Source: Octopus vulgaris (Eukaryota). Taken from it: a DNA stretch of 64,000 nt. Below are positions 37,890-49,708 of the stretch, piece by piece. The position numbers were made by a program, and so were the translations under genes. Below the pieces are notes generated by a model. That model saw only the letters and a program-made list of their open reading frames with translations. It did not search any database and was not told the origin of the DNA. The first letter of the stretch is position 1; every line of letters starts with the position of its first letter. The DNA lies in NCBI GenBank assembly GCA_951406725.2, contig OX597814.1, forward strand, positions 126,666,001 to 126,730,000. The letters run 5' to 3'.

Positions 37890-37954
37890 ACCTGAATACT
37901 AATAACATCAAAATATACCTTAGAAATGAGAACCCAGGTTCAAAATTTCTCCAA

Positions 37955-38000
37955 GACCCCTGATGAAAGATGGAGGGTATATCAGCCGAAACGTTGTGTT
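37955..38000 (+). ncRNA. Hammerhead ribozyme-like motif (minimal type I, decayed stems)
   Basis: gaccc CTGATGA a agatg gagggtatat CAGCC GAAAC GTT gtgtt. Confidence 0.5.
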
Positions 38001-38281
38001 AACAACAAACAAGATGAGGACAAATATCCATCAAATGTAAATAATTTACATGATGGGCTTCCACACTGTTTTCTGTTTACCACAATGACTTACTAGAGTT
38101 TAATTGGCTCAGGACTATAGTAGAAGATACTTGCCCGAGGTGCTACACACTGGGACTTGACCCCTAAACTTCATGGTTTGAAAGTGAGCTTCTTTGCATG
38201 CTTGCATAAATATAATAAAGTAAGCTAGTAATAAAGTTAACAGTAAAACAAGCACTGTAGTAAAGTATCAATACTTGATGT

Positions 38282-38668
38282 TGAGCCCCTGAGACAGTTC
38301 GATGTTCTTTACAACATCATCCGGACAATTCTTGAGATGATGACAAATTGTAACACCCATGCTGTCGTTTGGATCCATCAGTGATGTTGAAAGAGGAGAC
38401 ACACACTGCATAGACCACAGCCTGCCCGCCATTCCATACTATCTAGGTTTGGATTGTAGTGGACACCTGATACTGGAGATATAGAACTGGACAACTTGTA
38501 CAACACTTAGACAGCCCACAAGTGAGGATTGTGTGACAGAGACTGCCATTTGCTCTGTTCAGCCACAGACAACATTTGTTCTGTTCAGCCACAGACAACA
38601 CTGTTCCAATAGGGTAGACAACCAGGACCTTTGTTCTTGGTCATTAATGGTGGATGAAGACCTCAAAG
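38282..38668 (+). mobile_element. Unclassified 387-bp retroposon-like insert
   Basis: 11-bp TSD atacttgatgt (38271-38281, 38669-38679). Internal ~26-bp tandem repeat tctgttcagccacagacaaca. Confidence 0.65.
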
Positions 38669-39173
38669 ATACTTGATGTATAAGCCAAAACATTAAAATT
38701 CAATATGGAATCTAGTGTGTTGTCAGATTCACTCCCCACTACACTTTATCATTATCATCATCATCATTTAATGTCTGCCTTCCATGCTGGCATGGACTGG
38801 ACAGTTTGACAGGAGCTAGCCAGGCAGAAGACTGTACCATTCTTATGTGTCTGTTTTGGCATGGTTTTTACAGCTGGATACCCTTCCAAATGCCAACCAT
38901 TTTACAGCGTGGACTGGATGCTTTTTACGTGGTACCAGCACAGGCAGGGTCACCAAGCAATCTTGTGTAAGATGATGACAGAGAGACAGAAACAGGTGTC
39001 TTACTGTAGAGGAGGTACATAGTTACCTGGTTTATATTTAATTAATTTTAATTAACAGTTTTGGTCTTTTCTCTGCAGCCTTATTAACAAAGATTAGATA
39101 AGGATTTGATCTTATCACTAAGGGTGAGAAGCTAATTAATTAGAATTTCTTGCTTTACCATGTGTAGTATAGT

Positions 39174-39485
39174 GGAGGCACATAGTCTAGTGGTTAGAGC
39201 AGCAGATTCGCAGTTGAGGGATCATGGGTTCGAATCTCAGACCATGCGGTGTGTGTGTTTATGAGTGAAACACCTAAGCTCCATGCAGCTCTGGCAGAAA
39301 GTAATGGTGAACTTCTGCTGACTTTTTCGCCACAACTTTTTCTCACTCTTTCCTCCTGCATCTAGCAGCTCATCTACAATGGACTGGCATCCTGTTCAGG
39401 TGGGGAACCTATACACCAACGAAACTGGAAAACTGACCCTGATGAGCCAGGCATGGCTCAAGAAAGAACAAACAACAACAACAAC
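39174..39485 (+). mobile_element. SINE family C copy
   Basis: ggaggcacatagtctagtggttagagc...gggttcgaatctc, then ggactggcatcctgttcagg and a (CAA)n tail. Confidence 0.75.
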
Positions 39486-40255
39486 ACTGTGTAATATGCT
39501 GGCATCCACTTTACTATTAAGTTTTCATTGCATAAGTTGGTTATAAGGAAAGAGGATTATGGTGAGGTTGTGTGGTGACTGTCAGATAGGAGAGAAATTG
39601 TGGGAAATAGATGAGATTGTAAAGTGGAGGTCAAAGTGTGCGACAGAAGTAAGGTTAGGAGGGAGAGATGTAGATAGTGTTGAGGAAGTGAGGAAGAGAA
39701 AATGTTGTGAAATAAAGTGGGTGGAGGTGATGTTTTGGAGGTGGACAGACTGAAGTAGAGGTTTAGGTTGTGAATCCATGTACAGTTGTGAGGCAGAGTT
39801 GAAGTTGTAAAGTAGAGACAAGGTTGCAGGGGATACAAGATTGAGTCAGAGGTAATGCTGTGGGGTAGAGGTGATGTTTTTAGGCAGAGGCTATGTTGTA
39901 AACAGAGGTAAAAGGATTGTGAGGTAGAGGTGATGTTGGAGGTGGTGGTGACATGTTTTGAGGCAAGTGAGGTTGTAGCTGTTGTTGTTGGTTAGTCCCA
40001 GATCAGACCTGATCAAGCAGACATGTGATCAAAAGCATTCAAGTTGTAACCATCCAGATATTTCTGTTTCACTTATTTTTCTTACCCAAGGATCAAGGAC
40101 TACAATATCCAATATCATTTTCTATGACAATGGAGTGTGATATGAGGAAAACCTAGCTGCAATTTCTAGTAGATCAACTGACCATATGGAGGCTTTCCTG
40201 AGGTGAGATTGTTAGATTGGTTCAGTGTTGGAATAATTTAAAAACAAGTGTAGTG

Positions 40256-40384
40256 TATGTAGATTAACTTGGATTAACTTTGTAACAATTGCAGCATATG
40301 TGGATTAACTTAGCTTAACTTAGTAGCAAGAGTAGCAGATGTAGATTAACTTGGATTAACTTAGTAACAAGATTAACATATGTA
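40256..40384. repeat. Minisatellite, ~3 x 41 bp
   Basis: atgtagattaacttggattaactt(a/t)gtaacaa unit repeated. Confidence 0.75.
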
Positions 40385-41599
40385 GCAAACTGGCAAAGAT
40401 GTTAGGGTGTTGGATAAAATGCTTTACAGTATTTATTCCAACTCTTTGAGCTCTGAGTTCAGATATCACCAAGATCAACTTTGCATTTCATCTTTTCCAG
40501 GGCAATAAAAAAATATCAATCCAGATCAGTGGATTGGCAGAACTGTTTGATGGTCAGGTGAGATACCTAGCATTACTTGTCCTGACTCTTTGCATTCTAA
40601 TAGTAATGGCTGCATTGATACTGGTGCCAGGCTGTTTCAGCCTAAGCTGATGTCATTTCCCTTAGATAAATATTAGTAGTATTGAAAGGGAAGACTCACA
40701 TGCATTGGCCACTGCTAGTCTTCCTCAAAAAAATCTTATCCAGCCATGTACATACATGTGCAGATGCATGACCAACATTGGCTGATGGAGGCTGCACTCA
40801 GATTTCCAACTCTTTAAATTAAACAAATTACAGTTATCAAATTGAATAGCAATGGTAAATGGGCAGGCTTCATTTTTGCTAGAGATTTGCTATTCCATTT
40901 TTGTTAGAGATATGCTATTCTATTTCTCTAACTCATCATACAATAATTGAGCTTTTCCCCCTTCAGTTGAATGAACTAGATTACTACTAAAATATTTCAG
41001 ACACCGCAATGTTAACCATCCTCATTAATTTAAATCAGGATTCTTAAACAAATAAGAAACATTTTATCATGTGCAGTTTTTATTTTAACCTTAGGCCACA
41101 AGCAAAACTACAGCACAAATGATAAATTTAAGTTAACAGAATCACATTTTCAATGTTAGAACACAAAGATAAATTTACATTATACTAAGGTTGGGTATCA
41201 GGAGATATCAGAAGATGATATTTAACTTGTACATTTTAGTTGTTTATGTAACAATTCTATATATTAGTGAATTCACATAATGTCATAGCATTTAAGCTTT
41301 GTGTTTTTAGATTTGGTTTAAAATAAGATCAGGATTTATAGTGAATAGGTTCACCCATTCAAATTTGCTGTATAATTTATCATGTCTAAGCTGTCTTCCA
41401 TGGTTGACCTTATAAATGTCTCAAATATGTTGGCTAGCAAAGAAAGAGAAAATACTAACTATTGGAACCCTTCTATTTATTTCAATTACCTCTCCTCTGT
41501 ACAAGCTGATCTACATACACTGGTCCTTCAAATACAGAGTTGGATCTTTAAAAATAATTATAATTTGATAAAATACCTTAAGATTTTCATTTTGAGTGA

Positions 41600-41810
41600 C
41601 TGTGCTGGTATGGTCATGTGATGCACACAGATGAAGGCATCTGCATAAAGAAGTGCTGATCTCTAAATGGGGAGAGAACCTGTGGAAGAGGAAGACCCAG
41701 GAAGATATGGGACAAAGTAATGATGAATGATCTAAAGAAGTTGAGCTTCATAGAGGAGATTTCAAGGGACCAAGACAATTAGTGATTTGCAGTACTTGAG
41801 ATGACCCATT
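41600..41810 (+). mobile_element. Old RTE C-terminal relic
   Basis: CWYGHVMH...GRGRPRKIW motif. Confidence 0.75.
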
Positions 41811-44414
41811 CTATTTAGTTGGATGGGTCTTTTCCTATAGAGGCTTCCTTGTTGACTTGTAATAAGTCTGAGTCAAGAGAAAGTGAGGTAAAAGAAGAAT
41901 TGGTGTCGTGTCATGATATTTCACTGTTTTCATTGAGGATTAAAGAGAAAGCAGATTGAAAGGGAGTCTGTGAAGGAAAATTGAAAAGGGGACAAACAAA
42001 TTGCCATGTTTAATAAAATTAAGATGTTTTTAAATTTTCTAATTTTTACAACACAATGGCAAAAAAAGAAAAATTATACAGATGCAAACTCTGTTTTATC
42101 TTTACATTAATACATAGCGATGGTGGGCCAGGGACTGCTGGAAATTTCACTGATACTTTTGTGGGACAGTGGAGGAGTAAGAAACCTGGTATTTGTTAGT
42201 TTGAGAATCAATGTGTTAGTTTATATTTGTGTTTATAATAACAAGATAAAACTCAACCAATCAATTAGTGGTGTTACTAGGAAGTTTTACTTGATAATTA
42301 TATATGAACATTCCTGCAGAATGACACATTGAAACTTCAACCTTACTAAATAATGAAACTCTATTGAATGCCTGGTGTGTGTGTGTGTGTGTGTGTCTGT
42401 CTGTGTTATGACTTAGTGGCATAAGGTGAGCAATTAGAGAATACAACATTAAATTCTATGAAGGAACAATCACCATGCAATAGCATTTTATGTTCACATT
42501 TCTTTTTTCCTTTTTTCCTTTTTAATGTCTAAACCACAGATTTGCTGTTAAAGTAAGAAAATAAAAATAAGAGGAGACATTTATCATAAACAGGTTGAAT
42601 CTGTTTTAACTACTTCCTTAAACTTCATATCATAAACAGAACAGCACGAAATTCTCATTAAGCTATCTAGACAAGATTACATTATTGAATTAAATGTCTA
42701 AAAATGATCTTTCATATGTCAGTACTAGTTTGTTTGTCAGTCTGTCTGTTAGTCTGTTAATCTGCCTTATTCAGAATTTAGCATATTGAATCTGAAGGAA
42801 ACATTTTAATTTTTATTCATTAATTTATTGAAACTTGATAAAATTGTTGCTGATTTTAGTAAAATTTCAGTGAAGATTTAAAAAATAGGTAATAGAATGA
42901 GAGAAAGATATGTTTTCTTGATGTTAGAAGTTGTACAACTTCAAGTTTTGGTAATATGGATTGAATATTGTGAGAAATCAAAGTGGCTTAAAACTAAAGG
43001 AAATAACATTTTAATGTTAATGTTCACTTTTCTGTCTTGATTCATTCTGTAAACTGTACATGTACTTCTAGCTTATGTGGCTTCTTTCTTTACTTGACTT
43101 ATACATCTGCTATCTGTCACTTCTTTTAACCTTTTCTGATGAGTTGTAGTGTGCTTGAGCACTATATAAAATAACCTCATCATTATTTCTTTTCACATGT
43201 ATTTATATTAGAAGAGAATGAGAAACTCCTAAATACCCATATTTACCTTTGTGTATATCATATTTCTGTTTTCTCTTCCAATAAAGAACTTTCTTTGTCA
43301 GGAACTGCTTGTTTACATCTTTCCTCCCTGCTTTCTATCTCTCGTCTCTGTAATAGACATCATATCTGTCACTCATTTTAGTACTTTTAATCTTTTTATC
43401 TGTCTGTCTCTCTTCTATCTCTCTCTCTCTCTCTCTCTCGTGCTCTCTCTCTCTTTCTCCTCCCCCTCCAGTGCACCAATTTCACTTTAAACTTCATATC
43501 GATTAAACACCTGCATCAAATCCTCCTCCACATTTCAAAGAAACAAAATGTGAGTAAAGATATGCTGTTCACACTTTAGTTTTAAGGTAAGCTCCAGTAT
43601 TGAGAATGAAGAGAGAAAGTTGATAATAGTGTTGAGATTGGGTAAGGAATAATGTGGAGATGGAGAGACGGTAATGAAGGGATGGAGTGAAGGATAATAT
43701 AGGGAAAGAAAGAGAGACCACAGACATAGACAGAGAGTGGCTCTAGGGATGGAGTGAGAATTAATATAGAGATGGGAGTGGAGAATAATGACGAGATGGG
43801 AAGGAGAGACACAATGGAGATGGAGTGAGAACTGTGTAGATAAACAGATAGATATGTTTCTTTATTAACCACACAGGAGACAAATTACAAAGTAGAGCTT
43901 TTCTTTTTGGGGAGAAAAAAAAAAGAAGTGGGGTAGGTTTTCGATCAAAAGGGATCATAAAAAAGAAAAAAAAACAATAGATAGATAGAGAGAGAGATGG
44001 ATAGGCAGACAGACAGATGAATGGATGGATTGATGGCTGGATGGACTGTAGGGATAAACTGAGAATCGACATGGAGTCAGGAGTGAGGAACACTGTAGAG
44101 ATAAAGAGAGGGACAGTATGGAGATAGAAGGAAGGAAAGTGAAGAAATTGTGTGGAGAATGAAGAAGAGATGGAATAGGGAACAGTGCTGAGTGGCATGA
44201 AACAACACAGTAGAGATGAAATTGAGGATCAATGTGGAAATGGAATAAAAGACATTTTAAGGATGCAATTGTGGAACAGTGTCCCTCATTCTATCTCTAC
44301 ATTGCTATTCCATCTCTGCAATATGCCTCTCCATTACATCTCTACACTATCCACACACTAGACCTGTACATTGCTGGTCATTTAATTGGAACAATGGACA
44401 ATTTAGACATGTAG

Positions 44415-44723
44415 GAGCACTCTGTCGATTACGACGACGAGGGTCCCAGCTGATACGATCAACGGAACAGCTTGCTCATGAAATTAACGTGCAAGTGACT
44501 GAGCAATCCACAGACATGTGTACCCTTAATGTAGTTCACAAGGAGATTCAGTGTGACAAGGCTGGCCCTTTTGAAATACAGGTACAACTTATTTTTGCCA
44601 GCTGAGTGGACTGGAGTAACGTGAAATAAAATGTCTTGCTCAAGGACACAACACGTTGCCGGGAATCGAACTCACAACCTTACGATCATGAGCCGAATGC
44701 TCTAACCACTAAGCCACGCACCC
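44415..44723 (-). mobile_element. tRNA-derived SINE family D (CORE-like)
   Basis: A box tggcttagtggtt, B box gagttcgattccc, gtgtccttgagcaag. 17-bp TSD acaatttagacatgtag (44398-44414, 44724-44740). Confidence 0.85.
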
Positions 44724-45827
44724 ACAATTTAGACATGTAGAGACAGTATAGAGACCAAATGAAGGACAGTATTGTTAAAATCAGAGCTGACTTGAAACTA
44801 AAGAACTACACAAGTTACTTATGGACCCATTCTTTCCTATTCGTGATATCCCTTGCCTGACAGCAATGGACTTGTCCAATTATAAAGTTACACTGATATA
44901 TTGACTGTTCAACTATGAAATTATGTATGTCAGTATAGAATAAGTAGAACTGCTGTGCTTTGAACACTAAACAGTTTGACAGACAGAGAAGTCTAAAAGA
45001 AAAACTACTCATTAAATTTGTTCTGTGTGCTGATGTATTGTTGTATGTTATAACTACAGCTTTCAACAGAACACTGTACCAATGCACAGAATGCAAAGTG
45101 AGAGGAGTGAAGGCACTCCTCTTAACTCTGCAACAGAAAATTCTAGAAACATGAATACAACAATGATATTTAGCTGAAGACTTGTCATAACAAAACTATG
45201 TATTTGTGAATAAAATATCGACTTAGTACAAACTAAAATATGCAAGTAATATTCAATACAATAAAAGAAATCAAATGTCTATTGAAGTTGTAACAACTCA
45301 CTTGGTTGTGAGAGTGTTGTCATGTTCTTTGTATAACACTAATACTTACTTGAGAAGTTAACTCCTGTACATTATTCAACAATAGTATTTATTTCTTAAA
45401 CTGCCATAAAAGAAATGTAATATGTGATGTTGATGCCTTTCCAAAGGATATATTAGTGTCGTAAGTTTTGAAAAATTGGTAAACAAACAGTATTAGGGAC
45501 GCACTATACTAAGGCATTCATTCAACAGTTGATATAATGGTGCCATATAAAAAGCACCCATGCCAGCGCCTCATAAGAAGCACCATGAACAGAGAATCCA
45601 TACCAGCACTATATAAAAAGCATCCTTGGTGACACTATGTAAAAAGCACCCAATACACTCTGTGAAGTGGTTGGCATTAAGAAGGGTACCCAGTAGTAGA
45701 AACCATGCCAAAACTGATGACTGGAGCCTGGTATGGCTCTCCAGCTTGGCAGCTCCTGTCAGACCATCTAACACATGCCAGGATGGAAAATAGACATTAA
45801 ATGAGGATGATGATGGATGGTGATGAT

Positions 45828-45829
<2 letters not shown>

Positions 45830-45892
<63 letters not shown>
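45830..45892. repeat. (CT)n microsatellite
   Basis: Pure CT run. Other long SSRs: (TA)n 17374-17410 and 34268-34319; (TA/TATG)n 60440-60820; (CA)n 62638-62702. Confidence 0.95.
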
Positions 45893-45897
<5 letters not shown>

Positions 45898-47711
45898 ATA
45901 CATAAGTCAGTTCAGATTAAGTAGTTAGAGTATTATACTGTCTGTTTATGTCTCAAGTGCTTAAGGATGTCAAATATAATCTTAAGAATGTTAGCTGCAA
46001 AAGTGTGATGAAACTATCTCACTGCACCTCAAGGGATAAACTGCAGATAAAGTATATTCGATTTTCTATGGCCAGATTTCCTTTCTGTCACCAACCCTTG
46101 TCTGCTTCCACAGAAAAGGGGCATGGCTGAGTGATTAAGAAGTTTGCTTCCCAACCATGTGGTTTTGGGTTCAGTCCTACAGTGCAACACCTGGGGCATG
46201 TGTCTTCTACTATAACCTCAGGCCAATCAAAACCTTGTGAGTGGATTGGTAGACAGAAGCCAAAAGAAGCCCAAATAAAAACTGTGTGCTGTTCCTCATT
46301 ATTAGCAAATAATCAAAATACTTAACACCCCCTTTAGAAACAAACAAATTTCTGACTATCAAACTGCTTTTCAGTCACCAATCCTATGTAGAATAGAGTA
46401 ACAACACATATAGAATCTACAATTTCCTAAATGGTGTACTACTCAGACCCTACACAACCTTCACATACTTCCACAAAACATACAAACATCCCGGCAGAAA
46501 CAGAAGCTAAATCTACATCATATCACAATCCACCATCTTAAAAAAGCAGATGAGTGAATAATGGAGTCTTAGATACCTTATCATTATCATCACTATTTAA
46601 CATTTGTTTTCCATGCTGGCATAGGTTGAACAGTTTGACAGGAACTGATAAGACTGGGAGCTACTCCAAGCACCATTGTCCATTTGGGCATGATTTCTAT
46701 GGCTGAATGCCCTTCTTAATGCCAACCATTTATCTGGGTGTACTTGGTGTTTTTTACATGGTACCAGCCACATAAATGACCTGGCCATGAATAAAAACAT
46801 GACTTCAAGGGAATTTGAACTCTGAACATAAAGATGGATGAAATATCACTAAGCTTTTCGCCTGGTATGCAAATGATTCTGCTACCTCACTGCCTAACGA
46901 TTCTACCAGCTCACCATAAAAGATAATAAATGAAAATGCATGAAGAAATTTAAAACAACTCATTTGATCCCTCAGGGATTATCTCCACTCAGCTTGAGTC
47001 TCGTAACATATTATTACAAAGAACAGAAAACTTCACATTTAATGCAATCACAGGTTGTATAAAGACTACACCCATAGATCATGCATGTAACAAAGCTTAA
47101 ATTCTCAAAATGAAAAATTACCCAAGCATGCAAATTGTCAAAAACTTGCATAGTGCAGACCCATGCAGGCCCACAAATAAGAGAACAATAACCACAGACA
47201 CCCTGGCGCATCTGCAACATTCCAGAACACTACTACAGCATCATACTAAAAGTATTAACCATCCCACATGATTCAGACAAACACAAAAAAAAATGCAAAC
47301 ACTCTAAAAAAAAAAGCAGGAACTTCAATAACCTCATTAGTTACTTGGTCTAACAAGTCTCTACATCATTGATACACCTGTTAAAAATAACAGCCAACTA
47401 TCCCTCAAATCACACCCTACTATCATAAACAAAGGACATATTGATTCATGTAATCCTATCTCGAAAACGAGAAATAGACCAGAGTTGGGATTGTCATGCC
47501 TGGAATGTCTTCTGGTTATAGATCTCATTAGAGCTGGCCTGGGGCTAAACAACAATACCAACCTCATTAGTTTCAAACATTCTCCTGATAGTTACACCAC
47601 CAGAGGTAAATATAAAAGAATAGCAACACTTTCATGTTCTGACCAAGTGAATCCACCTTGCCCACCTTTGTTGTGGCTATTAACACAGGAGTTTACAGGA
47701 ACAAATGAGAG

Positions 47712-47958
47712 CAGCAGTTCTCAACTGGAGTTCACATGACCCTTGCAGGTCCCACATAAGATTTTGCTGTTAAAATCTAAGCACTATGAATTGGTTATTT
47801 TTCTACAATACAAAAAATATTTTAACAATTAAATATAATAATTCCTAATAATATTTAATTATAAAAATATAATGGGACATTTTTAAATATCGATTGTTTT
47901 TTAGGGCCCAGTAAAGTAAAATAGGAATCAAAAGATAAAAAATGGTTGAGAACCACTG
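47712..47958. mobile_element. hAT MITE
   Basis: cagcagttctcaac ... gttgagaaccactg TIRs. Confidence 0.7.
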
Positions 47959-48832
47959 GACTTGACAGTGGAAAGTTCTTTGGTTACTGGAGACAAGGTC
48001 AAAGAATTACTATGCTGATGACAGATATATGAGCCAGAAACATATGCCCACAACTGTCCTCTTATCATCAGACAATAAGTTCATCCTTTTCTTTAATGGC
48101 ATGTTAATTTTAGAGAATTTTTATTCTTGAGGTTATCTCCCCTTCTCAAGTTTAGCAGGTCTCAATTGCCATTTGGTATTTATGATACATCTAGAGCCAA
48201 GGAAAATTTTTCTACATTACACAAAATATTTTCACAATTTTTTTTTTTGTATAATTCCTAATAATATTATAAAAATATAATGGAACAGGTTTAAACATTG
48301 AATGTTTATTAGGCTCCTGTAGAGTACAATAGGAATGAAAAGGGTCCAAAGGCAAAAAGTGGTTGAAAACCACTGGACTTTAACAGTGGAAAGTTCTTTG
48401 GTTACTGGAGACAAGGTCAAAGAATTGTCATGCTGATGACAGATATATGAACAAGAAACATATGCCCACAACTGTCTTCATATCACCAAACAATAAACTT
48501 GTCCCTTTCCTTAATGGTATGTAATTTCAGGCGGCGAGCTGGCAGAAACATTAGCACGCCGGGCAAAATGCTTAGCGGTATTTCGTCTGCCACTGCGTTC
48601 TGAGTTCAAATTCCGCCGAGGTCGACTTTGCCTTTCATCCTTTCAGGGTCGATTAAATAAGTACCAGTTACGCACTGGGGTTGATATAATCGACTTAATA
48701 CATTTGTCTGTCTTTGTTTGTCCTCTCTGTATTTAGCCTCTTGTGGGTAGTAAAGAAATAGGTATGTAATTTCAGAGAATTTTTATTGTGAGTTGATTTC
48801 AGTTGCCATTTGGTAGAACCAGGGATAATTTT
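47797..48832 (+). repeat. Diverged ~410-bp tandem duplication, with a SINE in copy 2
   Basis: aaccactggactt..cagtggaaagttctttggttactggagacaaggtcaaagaatt at ~47950 and ~48367. Confidence 0.85.
48531..48760 (+). mobile_element. Young SINE family A copy
   Basis: 15-bp TSD ggtatgtaatttcag (48516-48530, 48761-48775), CpGs retained. Further family A copies: ~40385-40520, 46805-46915(-), 58029-58260, 62885-63100, 63117-63330, 63565-63630(-). Confidence 0.9.
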
Positions 48833-49302
48833 CATAGATCATCAATTTATGTTGCATGGTATTTGACACAACCAATATTTGTCTATTTTATTCAAATACT
48901 GACTACTTCAAATTATTTATCTTCATTTTTACTTAAATTCTAAGAAAATGTAATACAACTATACTGAAAGGAAGATGTGATTAAGACAGTTCTCAGCACG
49001 TAGGCTCTTATAGACAACTTATGCTGTCCAGCAACAGAGGATAACAATACTATTTCTATTATCATTTATTCATTCCCAGAGGGTCTGAAAACCACCTGCT
49101 TTGGTTGGCATGAAAATTTGAAATAATGATTATAATTGAGCAGTAAAATATATATTTCTCTATTACATGTGATGGATACACCTTTCATTCTTCATAGAAA
49201 CACTTGCAAATTTGCCATTTTGTGTGTATGTGGTGGGGTGGACTAGCCAGGAGATACATTATTTACATTTGATGGATCTTTGTCCTCATCTTGTTTGTTG
49301 TT

Positions 49303-49349
49303 AACACAACATTTCGGCTGATATACCCTCCAGCACTTCATCAGTGTAT
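49303..49349 (-). ncRNA. Hammerhead ribozyme-like motif
   Basis: ataca CTGATGA agt GCTG gagggtatat CAGC c GAAAT GTT gtgtt. Confidence 0.5.
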
Positions 49350-49577
49350 TGAGGAAATTTCGAACCCTGGTTCAAATTCCTAAGGTATTTTTCAATGTTG
49401 TTATTATTATTATTATTATTATTATTTAGGTCACTACTTGGAATCGAACTCAGAATCAAACTTGGAATCAAACTTGGAATCAAACTCAGAATTGCCATAT
49501 GCCCATGGGCATATGGCATAGTGGTTAAGAGTGCTGGCTACTAACCTCAAGATTCCGATTTCGATTCCAAGCAGTGA

Positions 49578-49618
<41 letters not shown>

Positions 49619-49665
49619 TTGAAAAATACCTTAGGAATGAGAATCCAGGTTTGAAATTTCCCCAA

Positions 49666-49708
49666 TACACCTGATGAAGGCTGGAGGGTATATCAGCTGA
49701 AACGTGTT
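49666..49708 (+). ncRNA. Hammerhead ribozyme-like motif (cleavage triplet deleted)
   Basis: tacac CTGATGA a GGCTG gagggtatat CAGCT GAAAC [gtt missing] gtgtt. Confidence 0.45.

Larger units (their letters stand above)
37323..38045. mobile_element. Fold-back element 1: head-to-head tRNA-headed units with hammerhead-like motifs
   Basis: Arms 37323-37571 and 37573-38045 are reverse complements. A box tggcatagtggtt and B-box-like gagttcatttcc lie at the centre. Confidence 0.85.

Noticed and set aside
43582-44230. Hydrophobic Leu/Ser/Phe-rich minus-strand ORFs (also 39557-39838, 57825-58700)
   Set aside because: They arise from GA-rich low-complexity tracts that lack stops on the pyrimidine strand.
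49507-49580. tRNA-Ser(ACT)-like gene, and other tRNA-like heads at 26481, 39174 and 44650-44723
   Set aside because: Broken acceptor/T stems and fusion to repeat bodies indicate SINE heads, not tRNA genes.
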